Shown: piece by piece, positions 18,390-26,976 of the stretch
Layout of the letters: the number at the start of each line of letters is the position of its first letter
Numbering within the stretch: position 1 is the first letter of the stretch
IMG/VR virus record: IMGVR_UViG_3300045988_056900
DNA: 64,000 nt
From: a virus
Reading direction: 5' to 3' (one strand)
Notes under the pieces: generated by a model
What the model saw: the letters and a program-made list of their open reading frames with translations, nothing else
The model's database searches: none
What the model was told of the DNA's origin: nothing
Made by a program: the position numbers and the translations under genes

Positions 18390-18449
18390 TGGCATTAGAG
18401 GGAATCGAACCCTCTAACAGCTCTTACGTCTGATCTAGCCTGATATGCC
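18390..18449 (-). ncRNA. tRNA-like module C (60 nt) lacking a canonical anticodon arm
   Basis: Minus strand reads GGCATAT-CA-GGCT-(14 nt)-AGCT-GTTA-GAGGG-TTCGATT-CCCTC-TAATGCC-A. The T-arm is identical to module A. The acceptor has 5 bp plus 2 mismatches. Confidence 0.4.
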
Positions 18450-18485
18450 TTACCACTTAGTTTTATATTTATTAAAATACTACGA

Positions 18486-18707
18486 GGCGACTGTCACTAT
18501 TTCTAGCGCTAAAATCTATTTCACAACCCCATCATTAGTAACAGTTTCTCTTTAAATAAAGAGTTGTTAACCAGGATACTGTATGCTCCCCTGGGGATAT
18601 CTCACGCTGCTAAGCGTGTATAATCCATTACATAACTTGTATTGCCAGTTATCTGCTTATTGACCTATTCTACTTCACATTGTCGCAGTCAAATGCCTAG
18701 ATGCCCC
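18486..18707 (-). ncRNA. tmRNA-like coding piece: 5' acceptor strand, D-loop-like motif and tag reading frame ending LAA-stop
   Basis: The minus strand from 18707 reads GGGGCAT-CTAGGCATTTGAC-TGCGAC. Positions 18646-18602 read GGC AAT ACA AGT TAT GTA ATG GAT TAT ACA CGC TTA GCA GCG TGA, that is GNTSYVMDYTRLAA*. ACAGTC at 18494-18489 can pair with GACTGT of the upstream acceptor piece. The 3' boundary is a guess. Confidence 0.4.
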
Positions 18708-18863
18708 ATTTAAAGTAGTACTCTTACAAAATTTAACTTATAGTTTGAGTACTACTCCCGATCTTCCTATCGCTGTTAATGAAAAAACTCTTAGAGAGAA
18801 ATCGAAAATTAGCGTAAGATTTCTATACGGGCCTCTTATTATTCTTGCTTATTCCATTTTTTG

Positions 18864-18920
18864 TGGAGCATGAGGGAGTCGAACCCTCGTCCTAACGACT
18901 GATTCATAGACCTAACAGTC
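18864..18920 (-). ncRNA. tmRNA-like acceptor piece: hairpin, GGAC, T-arm, 3' acceptor strand and discriminator A
   Basis: Minus strand reads GACTG-(14 nt)-CAGTC-GTTA-GGAC-GAGGG-TTCGACT-CCCTC-ATGCTCC-A, followed by CAA. ATGCTCC is complementary to GGGGCAT at 18707-18701, with G3:U70. Confidence 0.4.
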
Positions 18921-19551
18921 AATGAGTTTATAAGATTAATTGAAGTATAACTCGCGTACAGAATTAAGCCATTCTTCCTGCTTTATTATTTAACACAGTT
19001 CACAGCACTCTCTACAGGTGAGCCTTCGTTATGTTATACAATATCCCTGCTATTTTTACAATTAATCTTATATTGTGACTAGGTAGGCGACCAAACCTAC
19101 CTAGCCTATGGTCTTTTACGATATTTAAAGTATTCTCATACTATTAATGCCTTGATAACCTGTCTTGGAAGTATAGAATACTTTTCAGCTTCTATACGGC
19201 ATGATGTCTAGCATCGCACTATTCCAAAAATGCCGACTTGATATCATAAGAATGCTATTGCATAATATACTCAAAGAGTATAGAATCTGTATTTATATAT
19301 TGCGCAATTTATATATACATCCTCATGATCTTAGGCACATGATCAGTGGCACGTTGTCATAATGTCCTACTCTGGCATCGGTTGTATTACTACACCTTAC
19401 ACTTGTTGTATGCATGTCAATTCATGCATGAGCTGCATCTTCTGGTACTTAGCACATAAAATGTCATCACCACCTATTAGCTACTTTCTCTAGTTAGGTT
19501 ATATAGTCAGTATTTCTACTGCTAAAACACTATACCTGGACTATGCGCGGA

Positions 19552-20016
19552 TTAAAGGGACAACAGTTGTCCATCCCATCTCCAATCATAACGGGCTTTC
19601 GGGTACTGGTTAAGCAATTTGTTTTGCTGTTCCTGATACCATTTGTCAACTTCACGAAGAAGATTGTTAGCCTCTTTGTAGAGCTCTTTACAATCCTTCA
19701 GGTAGTCTTCAATAGTGATGCCGCCGTTACGCAGTTTATCATCTTTTTCAGAGAACTTCTTCAAGTAATTGAGTTTGACCTCTTTTTCCTTGTCGGTCTT
19801 TTTCATACTCAAATAAGTTGCAAGACGAGTATACTCACTCTTCAAAGTTACGTCAATATGACGTTCCGTGAGCTCCTCTTTACGCTGTTTTGCAATCTTT
19901 TCAGCAGCAGCTTTTGCAACATCTTCTGTTACAGTTGAGCCATTGTTGATTACTTCTTCAATGTTCTCTGCTGATACTTTTGTAATATCAGCTACTTTTG
20001 CTTCTTCTTTTGTCAT
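19552..20016 (-). CDS. hypothetical protein
   Basis: 154-aa ORF preceded by the conserved leader AAACATTATCAAAAA-ATG. Confidence 0.75.
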   Translation of the reverse strand: MTKEEAKVADITKVSAENIEEVINNGSTVTEDVAKAAAEKIAKQRKEELTERHIDVTLKSEYTRLATYLSMKKTDKEKEVKLNYLKKFSEKDDKLRNGGITIEDYLKDCKELYKEANNLLREVDKWYQEQQNKLLNQYPKARYDWRWDGQLLSL

Positions 20017-20063
20017 TTTTTGATAATGTTTAAAGATTGATACTATTGTTAATTAATCTCGAG

Positions 20064-20330
20064 TTATTTACTCTTCTTTTTTGCAAGATATTCTTTACGA
20101 AGACGTCTCTTGCGTTGGTTACATGATTCACGTTTACCTGCTTTGACAAGTTTACGATTCTCATATGCCTGTTCTCTTTTCCAGCTATTTTCACGAATGA
20201 GCTGTAAATAGATAATCTCACGAGCTATATTAGCTTCTGCTTTAGCTTTATGAGCATTGATGCGTCCTTGAATTATCTCTTTTGACACACCTCTTTTTCT
20301 CATTTCTGAGATAATTCTTCTTTGTCCCAT
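20064..20330 (-). CDS. small basic protein
   Basis: 88-aa K/R-rich ORF. Confidence 0.6.
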   Translation of the reverse strand: MGQRRIISEMRKRGVSKEIIQGRINAHKAKAEANIAREIIYLQLIRENSWKREQAYENRKLVKAGKRESCNQRKRRLRKEYLAKKKSK

Positions 20331-20539
20331 ATTTTTGATAATTTGGTTTTAGAATTAAAAAAAGAACTGTTCTGTATATTCCTATCTCTTATTCTACAGA
20401 TAACCCCTATCCTTCTCTCCCTTTATCTGTAGATTTACAGATTGCCGTTGAATAGCCATTACATAGTAATATGTATTAGGGTTTTGGTATATTTACAGTT
20501 CTTTCGGGTTGATTGGAATCCACCATACTAACAATTTAA

Positions 20540-20809
20540 TTAGTAATATAAATCAGGTAAATAAGGCTCTGGCGGAATCTTATTTACCATTTTTAAGTAT
20601 TCATCGTAATGAAATATCTTTTTCCATTTTTCTAGTTCTTCATTACGCTTACGTAGAAGTCTTTCCTGATACGTAAGTTTTGTTGCCATTCTGAGTTTAC
20701 ACTCAAGATCACATTCACTACAGTCGATAATATTATCTTGTGTAGGACATTCGTTAGAAATTGAATTTGAAGTTTTCATGATCATCTCGACCAAATAAGT
20801 GTTTGACAA
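20540..20809 (-). CDS. hypothetical Cys-containing small protein
   Basis: 89-aa ORF. The start is uncertain because it overlaps the upstream gene by 56 nt. Internal ATGs lie at 20785 and 20779. Confidence 0.5.
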   Translation of the reverse strand: MSNTYLVEMIMKTSNSISNECPTQDNIIDCSECDLECKLRMATKLTYQERLLRKRNEELEKWKKIFHYDEYLKMVNKIPPEPYLPDLYY

Positions 20810-21167
20810 TCATAGGTTTACATATTCTTGCAAATTCTTTTGCTGTATCCCTGTCTTTGAATTCCAAGGAATTACCGACAGCAGCATAAGCACCAGCATG
20901 GCCGAGCTCATAGTGCGAACCAACAACGAGCAAGCCCGAAGATTTTCTATTATCTGTATAGTTCCAACCCCATATATAATACCTTATCTCTTTTGGATCT
21001 ATTGTTGTAGGTTTCCAGCCTTCATTTAAAGCTTTTGCAACAGTTTCTAACTTGATGAAGTTCCTAGTTTCATCTGTTAATTTGTAACTTTTATAATTAG
21101 CTACAGGACGAAGACCTAGTATTTTACATGCGTCTTCATAAGGTTTCTCTTTACTTAACTTAATCAT
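20754..21167 (-). CDS. hypothetical protein
   Basis: 137-aa ORF. Confidence 0.65.
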   Translation of the reverse strand: MIKLSKEKPYEDACKILGLRPVANYKSYKLTDETRNFIKLETVAKALNEGWKPTTIDPKEIRYYIWGWNYTDNRKSSGLLVVGSHYELGHAGAYAAVGNSLEFKDRDTAKEFARICKPMIVKHLFGRDDHENFKFNF

Positions 21168-21262
21168 GCCTTTTTGCGATTATAAGGTTCCATTTTCTTA
21201 TGCTTAGGACGTTTTTTGTATTCCGTCTTAGTTTTTACTTCTTTCTCCTTATTCTTTCCCAT
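21164..21262 (-). CDS. 32-aa basic peptide
   Basis: MGKNKEKEVKTKTEYKKRPKHKKMEPYNRKKA. ATGA overlap with the next gene. Below the cutoff of the ORF track. Confidence 0.35.
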   Translation of the reverse strand: MGKNKEKEVKTKTEYKKRPKHKKMEPYNRKKA

Positions 21263-21264
21263 AA

Positions 21265-21735
21265 TTAAAAGAGTTTTAATATACCATTGATCTCTTTCAA
21301 ATAATATGGAATATTTGAAAGATGTTTAGCCTCAAGAACTTTCTTACAAGTAGGTTGTAATCTTCCAGCACTTATCAGATATTTAATTATATCTGTATTT
21401 TGCTGACGAATATCTGCATCATTGAGGAATCTTTTTACAAATTCTACTTTGAATAAACTTTCATTGCTGAAGTTCACAGGATTACCTACTTTTGTGATAA
21501 TATTATCACAGAATATAGATGTAAGTTCTTCAAGATTTGGTTCCTTAGCAGTCATTGTTTCTGCTTTTGATACTAATATTTTAGCTACATCAACATCTTC
21601 GAAATCAACAATCTTTAAATTGTCTGATTCTATTTTTATATGTTGAGTCATAGCATTAGCAATGTCCCGAATGGTTATATCTTTACGGGCATTACTAACA
21701 TAATCGCCTTCAAATAAAATTACTATTGCTTTCAT
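21265..21735 (-). CDS. hypothetical protein
   Basis: 156-aa ORF. Confidence 0.65.
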   Translation of the reverse strand: MKAIVILFEGDYVSNARKDITIRDIANAMTQHIKIESDNLKIVDFEDVDVAKILVSKAETMTAKEPNLEELTSIFCDNIITKVGNPVNFSNESLFKVEFVKRFLNDADIRQQNTDIIKYLISAGRLQPTCKKVLEAKHLSNIPYYLKEINGILKLF

Positions 21736-21737
21736 AA

Positions 21738-21986
21738 TTATTGATTAATTACTTTTATTTCTATTTCATACTCATCTAATTCTGCCTTAATATCATCAGT
21801 AGATGATTCAGACTGAATTTCAAAATATGGACATAATTGAACTTCTTCACTTGGTTTGCTTCTAGCTATAGCTTTTGCTACAGATATAGGCATACCTAAG
21901 ATTTTATTTAATGCTAACATATTAGCATAAAGATGACCAGTATGTAGAATCATACTAGTAATGTACCTTTTGGATTCCTTTTTCAT
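21738..21986 (-). CDS. hypothetical protein
   Basis: 82-aa ORF. Confidence 0.55.
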   Translation of the reverse strand: MKKESKRYITSMILHTGHLYANMLALNKILGMPISVAKAIARSKPSEEVQLCPYFEIQSESSTDDIKAELDEYEIEIKVINQ

Positions 21987-22464
21987 TTTTACATAGGCTT
22001 TAAAATTGTTAGTTAATAAATATGATGACGTCTGTATACAGCACTATATACAGAATAATTTACCGCAGTGCTACGGAGATTTGAGACTAATACTATAAAG
22101 CAATAGCGCTCTATTGCACATCTGTTATTAAAGAAATCATTTCCACATATTACTATGTTTAATTTAAACCCTCACATGTTTTAGGATTACTCCAGAGTAC
22201 AAGCAGAAAAGGCTGTCAAACCTAATCTTATCACTCACCTGATTTTAACGTCCGCACGATCGTAGTATTTGCAATTATCAGTACTAATTAGAGTAATTGC
22301 CACCCTTCTTCTCCCGCTTAAAAATACTACTTACGCCCCACAGGCTTGTCATCTTCTGAAGACTAGTCTATTCTCACGAACAAACTAGTTGTGTCGAAAT
22401 TTTTAAACCATTTCTATGCAAAATGCTTCAAAAAACTGTAATAACTTGTTTTAATTATTACTCT

Positions 22465-22923
22465 CTAACGCCTTAGAGAATCACGAGGATTCTTCACAGA
22501 ATCCATTGGGGTAATTATATCACGCTGAATAACTGCGCCTTTGAGTACATCTTTAAAATGCTCTTTGTTTGATTCATATATATAAACAATGTCACTATTC
22601 GACAATGATGTACCATGAGTCATAAGTATATCAATTAGAATAGCTTCAGGCATTGCTAAAAATATACTATCAATGCGCATTCCCTCTTTCACGTCTTCTC
22701 TAAATTTGAGAATTTCTTGTACCGTTGGTACATGTTCAACTGCTTTTGCAGTATCAATGCAAACTGATTCGTCTTCCGACGTAACAATCTTAGCAATAGG
22801 TTCATGACACAGAAACACTATTACTCCAGTAGCGATTGCTAATGCAATGACTACTAATATCGTCCAAAAGCATCCATTAGACGATTTTCTTACTACAGGA
22901 TATTGATTATCTTCCATACTCAA
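22465..22923 (-). CDS. membrane-anchored hypothetical protein (TAG-terminated)
   Basis: 152 aa. TM helix CFWTILVVIALAIATGVIVFL. Stop is TAG at 22465-22467. Confidence 0.65.
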   Translation of the reverse strand: MSMEDNQYPVVRKSSNGCFWTILVVIALAIATGVIVFLCHEPIAKIVTSEDESVCIDTAKAVEHVPTVQEILKFREDVKEGMRIDSIFLAMPEAILIDILMTHGTSLSNSDIVYIYESNKEHFKDVLKGAVIQRDIITPMDSVKNPRDSLRR

Positions 22924-23105
22924 TCCTCCAGTTCATCTAGTAGTTCAGATACTACGGACGGAGTCTCGATGATATCGAACTTCTCACCGCATATTGATAC
23001 TAAACTTCCGTTACTATTTCCACAGCAGTAATCTAATGATACTGATGTGAATGTTAACTCTTCTCCGTCCACTGTATGGACTGTAGCAGATCTTTTTTTT
23101 CCCAT
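22920..23105 (-). CDS. hypothetical small protein
   Basis: 61-aa ORF preceded by the conserved leader AAACATTATCAAA-ATG. Confidence 0.55.
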   Translation of the reverse strand: MGKKRSATVHTVDGEELTFTSVSLDYCCGNSNGSLVSICGEKFDIIETPSVVSELLDELED

Positions 23106-23131
23106 TTTGATAATGTTTTTAAAATTAATAA

Positions 23132-23461
23132 TTATTTAATAGTATCACCTACAAAGTATACATTCATATATAAATAATCTGCAATATACGCTTTGTATTC
23201 ATTTCCAGTAACAGGATTTACTAAACGTATTACATATGTATCTTCATCTTCTTGATATTTATCAGATACTACATAATGTTTAAACCTCATTTGCAAATCC
23301 ACAAAACCATATGGATCTTTAGGCTCCCAGTTCTTTAGTATATAAATAATAACTACTATAGTTACCATTACTACTAATAACTTGCTTGTTGAGTTAAGAA
23401 TATTACTACTCCTTCTTATCATACTATTTGTTGATTTCCTTCCATAATTCAATTCCTTCAT
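23132..23461 (-). CDS. membrane-anchored hypothetical protein
   Basis: 109 aa. TM helix LLVVMVTIVVIIYIL. Confidence 0.6.
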   Translation of the reverse strand: MKELNYGRKSTNSMIRRSSNILNSTSKLLVVMVTIVVIIYILKNWEPKDPYGFVDLQMRFKHYVVSDKYQEDEDTYVIRLVNPVTGNEYKAYIADYLYMNVYFVGDTIK

Positions 23462-23720
23462 GTATTACTAGGAAAACAACAGCAATTGCTCCTATAAATA
23501 GAAGTAAATTGAAAAATGTTGTCATTATTATTTAATTTGTTAATACTGTTAAATAATTTTAAATACATTAGCTTCACATGCAAACTAGGAAGATTTGTTT
23601 TTAACATGTTACTAGACTCTATCACCACGATGAGGTTGTATTTATTGATAGAGAAGACTACTACAACACCTTATTAGACTCGGATTTTACATGTAGTAGT
23701 CGGGGAATACGTGACAGGTA

Positions 23721-24107
23721 TTAATATATATCAAATGTGTAACCATTTTCAATAAATAAGCCTTTTATTTTTTCTACGTCAAGATCTTCTAGTCTACCTT
23801 CGTATACTAACTTCAAAGGAAATATTAGAGCATCTTCTTTGATATATGTATCTACTATGTCTTTAGTTGGTTTCAGTCCTAAACCAAATTCTTTTACCAG
23901 TTTTAATATCTGTAATTTGGTTGTCATATCACCAGTAATACATACTGTTGGTTCTTTAGTTTCACTTCTACCCGTTATTAAAACAGATAAAAATGCATCA
24001 ATAGCTGGTTCATTAGAAAATGTATCTAATGCTTGAGCTAGTTTTTCTTTAGTTATTTGATTACGTTCAAATAAACTTTCAAGTACATAATTTTGAATTG
24101 AGTTCAT
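23721..24107 (-). CDS. protein with a ribosomal bL12 (L7/L12) C-terminal-domain-like region
   Basis: 128 aa. KLQILKLVKEFGLGLKPTKDIVD aligns by eye with E. coli L7/L12 [24 protein letters not shown] (quoted from memory). Confidence 0.5.
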   Translation of the reverse strand: MNSIQNYVLESLFERNQITKEKLAQALDTFSNEPAIDAFLSVLITGRSETKEPTVCITGDMTTKLQILKLVKEFGLGLKPTKDIVDTYIKEDALIFPLKLVYEGRLEDLDVEKIKGLFIENGYTFDIY

Positions 24108-24921
24108 ATATTATAATGTTTTAATTAGTAATCAAATAGAAATAAAGTAAGCGCATTATATCCGCCCTTATACATATGAATGCTATGCTATTCTCTTACT
24201 TTATAATTTGAGACTTCTTTATTGGTTACTTCTTGCTCAAGGAAGACCTCAACTATTTTATTTTTCTCTAGTTCCGCATTGTAATAGTTAACAGATGCGG
24301 CAACTTCATACTTAAAATGATACTTATTGTTCAGTTAGTATCAGACTGTCAAGCTCCGTACACCTTATTTCCGGATGAAACATTTTCTCTTTGCTTGCTT
24401 AGATTAGTTACTTTAAAGAGTTGCACATCACAGCGAACCTAACTGTGACCTCTTACCACGTGGATTATTTAACTATTAAATATCAATAATTTACTGTGCA
24501 TATAAGTTAAAGATAAATAATAATTAATTACTTTGACTCTGCATTGTCCACCGACTTGTCACGGCCTTCATTGGTTGCATTAAAGTAATAATATATGTGA
24601 AATCACACTATCCTCACAGACCGTGTAATTGTTAGTTTAATTTTTCAGAAAATCTCTTGCATTTTACACCTAAAACTCTATGAGCAGCAACTCACATCTA
24701 TTAGATAGTTTGCGCGCGTTTTATAATAGAGAAACCGGTGCCCTCAATGTCTTGGGAAGTTATTGAGTTTTTTGTTTATCAAATTATATTAGTTGTTATT
24801 CCTTTTCTTTTAAATAATAGTATATAATTATACATATTATGATTATTCCTCCTGCAAATTGTATCTGTGACCATTCCATATTAATGAAAGTTTCTATTTT
24901 AATTATGTGTTGTTATTGACA

Positions 24922-24951
24922 ATAAAAAAGAAAGTCACTCCGAAGAGTGAC
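24922..24951 (-). terminator. Rho-independent terminator after the 24961 gene
   Basis: Minus strand reads GTCACTC-TTCG-GAGTGAC followed by TTTCTTTTTTATT. Confidence 0.75.
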
Positions 24952-24960
24952 AATCTTTTA

Positions 24961-25674
24961 TTAAACCATAGCTCCTTGTGGTTGCTGAGGTTGTTGTACG
25001 AATGCTGGTTGCTGTTGTACGGTTTGTGGTTGTACAGTAGCTTGTGCTGGTTGCTGAACTGTTGCGTCTCCCATTACATCATCCTGTGGTGCAATTACTG
25101 GTGCAGTTTGTGGTTGTACGTACTCACAGTAGTTGCTGAATTGAGCTACTCCTAATTCATTTACACTGAATCCTGGGCGATAAACTATTTCATTGCCTAA
25201 GTCTTCGTCTCTTCCGAATATTGTAAATACACGGATAGATGTGTAAATAACTGGTGCAGAACCGTCAGCATTCATAACTCTGTGACCTGCTGGATAAGCT
25301 GGTCTGCCTTGTGGCGCTAATGCTGTTGGTTTACGTGCTGCAACTCCTACAAGATATTTCTTGTAAAAAGGTGCAGGTGCAATCCATTCAGCCCATGCTC
25401 CATTAAGATATGCTAACTCATCAGGTAATGGTTGGTCTGCTTGTGCAGTTCCTCCATTCTGTTGAGATAACAATGGTTCGTACATTCTGATGATTGTTTC
25501 ATCAAATACTGGTGGTAATGAGCCAGCTGCTGCTGCCCATACTCCTGCTGTTGGTATTAATGATGCAGTCATAAAACGACGTTTTCCGTCTGGATTAATA
25601 GTTGCGTCAATTGTACCGTCAGGTTTTTGTCCAACTTTCTTAATTTGAACATTCATTAATTTGTAACGTGCCAT
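24961..25674 (-). CDS. hypothetical protein with a Q/P-rich C-terminal tail
   Basis: 237-aa ORF. The last ~50 aa read QPQTAPVIAPQ...QPQTVQQQPAFVQQPQQPQGAMV. Confidence 0.75.
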   Translation of the reverse strand: MARYKLMNVQIKKVGQKPDGTIDATINPDGKRRFMTASLIPTAGVWAAAAGSLPPVFDETIIRMYEPLLSQQNGGTAQADQPLPDELAYLNGAWAEWIAPAPFYKKYLVGVAARKPTALAPQGRPAYPAGHRVMNADGSAPVIYTSIRVFTIFGRDEDLGNEIVYRPGFSVNELGVAQFSNYCEYVQPQTAPVIAPQDDVMGDATVQQPAQATVQPQTVQQQPAFVQQPQQPQGAMV

Positions 25675-25947
25675 AATACATGTATTTTAATTGGTGAATA
25701 ATCGAAAAGCTATATATTGGTCTGAATGACTAAATAAAGGGCGAAGAAAAGGAAGGAAAAGAGTGAGGAGGTGTATAGTATATCGTTAGGAACATGACCG
25801 AACCCCAGTAACTACATTCTCAATTCTCCATTATTCTTTCCTCTTCATGCGTCCCCAATTCTTGGTAGGTGTGCTTGACTTGCCCCTGTGCGCAGCTTTG
25901 AGCTAGCTTATACAGGTTATATTATATAATCTATCACTTACTGTGTT

Positions 25948-26310
25948 TTACCACGCTTGAGCTTGACATGCTCTATTAATTCCGGCTACATACTCGCACA
26001 TTAATTCATGAGGAGAACAACCTGGATAATATACTTTATTGCCGAGTTCATCTTTACTATACCTTGCGAATACTCTGGCTGTATCACCATATGGAGTTGG
26101 TACATCTACATATTCTCCCTCAAATGTGGACACTTTTTCATCGTTAGGATTATTCATGTACATATCTAATACTAGCATTATTGTATTCTTATCTGTACAT
26201 TTGAAACTAGCATACTCAATACCGTCTAATTTAGAACCAACTACTGTCAATTCAGCACTACCATTATGTGTTGCCGTTAATGTCATCTGTATTACTCTAT
26301 ACTTTGCCAT
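25948..26310 (-). CDS. hypothetical protein
   Basis: 120-aa ORF. Confidence 0.65.
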   Translation of the reverse strand: MAKYRVIQMTLTATHNGSAELTVVGSKLDGIEYASFKCTDKNTIMLVLDMYMNNPNDEKVSTFEGEYVDVPTPYGDTARVFARYSKDELGNKVYYPGCSPHELMCEYVAGINRACQAQAW

Positions 26311-26375
26311 AATTATATAATTTGATGTTAATAATCATAATAAAGGGCAGCCACTAAGGACTGCCCAAGACTAAT

Positions 26376-26585
26376 CTACCACAACCACAAGAATCTTGCT
26401 ATGCGGATGACTAGCCCACTGAAAGCTATACCTACTCCCCACCTCCATACTGTTAACCAAGCATGAAAGTCATATACTTCTCTTGCTACCATAATAACAG
26501 GAGTAATGCACATTACAAGAATGCCTAGGTTAATCAGTATAGTACCAGCATCTTTCAACTTCAACAGTTTTTCACTCTGTTTCAT
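26376..26585 (-). CDS. small two-TM membrane protein (TAG-terminated)
   Basis: ATG at 26583-26585 (the track start at 26591 is TTG). Stop is TAG. Confidence 0.55.
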   Translation of the reverse strand: MKQSEKLLKLKDAGTILINLGILVMCITPVIMVAREVYDFHAWLTVWRWGVGIAFSGLVIRIARFLWLW

Positions 26586-26679
26586 AATCAATTGAATTAA
26601 ATGTTAATAAATGTAAGAGTACGCAACAGCTTTTATAAGGTTGCTCCAATTAAAGGTAACAGAGGCTGAAATGTCCCTG

Positions 26680-26883
26680 TTAGCTAGGTTGTGAGGATGA
26701 GTCCTCACCACAGATAGCATCAATTAATGCGTCTGTGAATTCGTCTTCAACATACTCCATAAGTAACAAATTAAGAATACAAAATAAGCTCCAAAGAAAG
26801 CATATGCTAACCAAGGATACATACACAGTAATGCCATAATCGTAATTTTGATTTTGATAAAACAATACGGGGACTTCCCCCAA
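26680..26883 (-). CDS. possible small ORF, frame uncertain
   Basis: The track ORF starts at TTG. An alternative 37-aa hydrophobic ORF (MALLCMYPWLAY...) lies in another frame of the same region. Confidence 0.3.
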   Translation of the reverse strand: MGEVPVLFYQNQNYDYGITVYVSLVSICFLWSLFCILNLLLMEYVEDEFTDALIDAICGEDSSSQPS

Positions 26884-26976
26884 TTTTTGATAGGAGGGGA
26901 TGACTTGGTGTACTACTCCTCACACGCACAACCCCTCTCTAAATTTTTATCCCCCAAAAATTTTTATAATATTTTT

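Noticed and set aside
8009-18920. Reading the tRNA-like pieces as attP-type tRNA fragments of an integrating phage.
   Set aside because: No integrase or recombinase is present in the window. Modules A and B contain both acceptor strands rather than only a 3' tRNA fragment. There are several of them.
22211-22222. Second tmRNA-like 5' motif (minus strand GGTTTGACAGCC, preceded by GGTGAGT) in the 22-kb ORF-free block.
   Set aside because: No complementary 3' acceptor strand (ACTCACC) with a T-arm was found anywhere in the window, so the resemblance is probably fortuitous.
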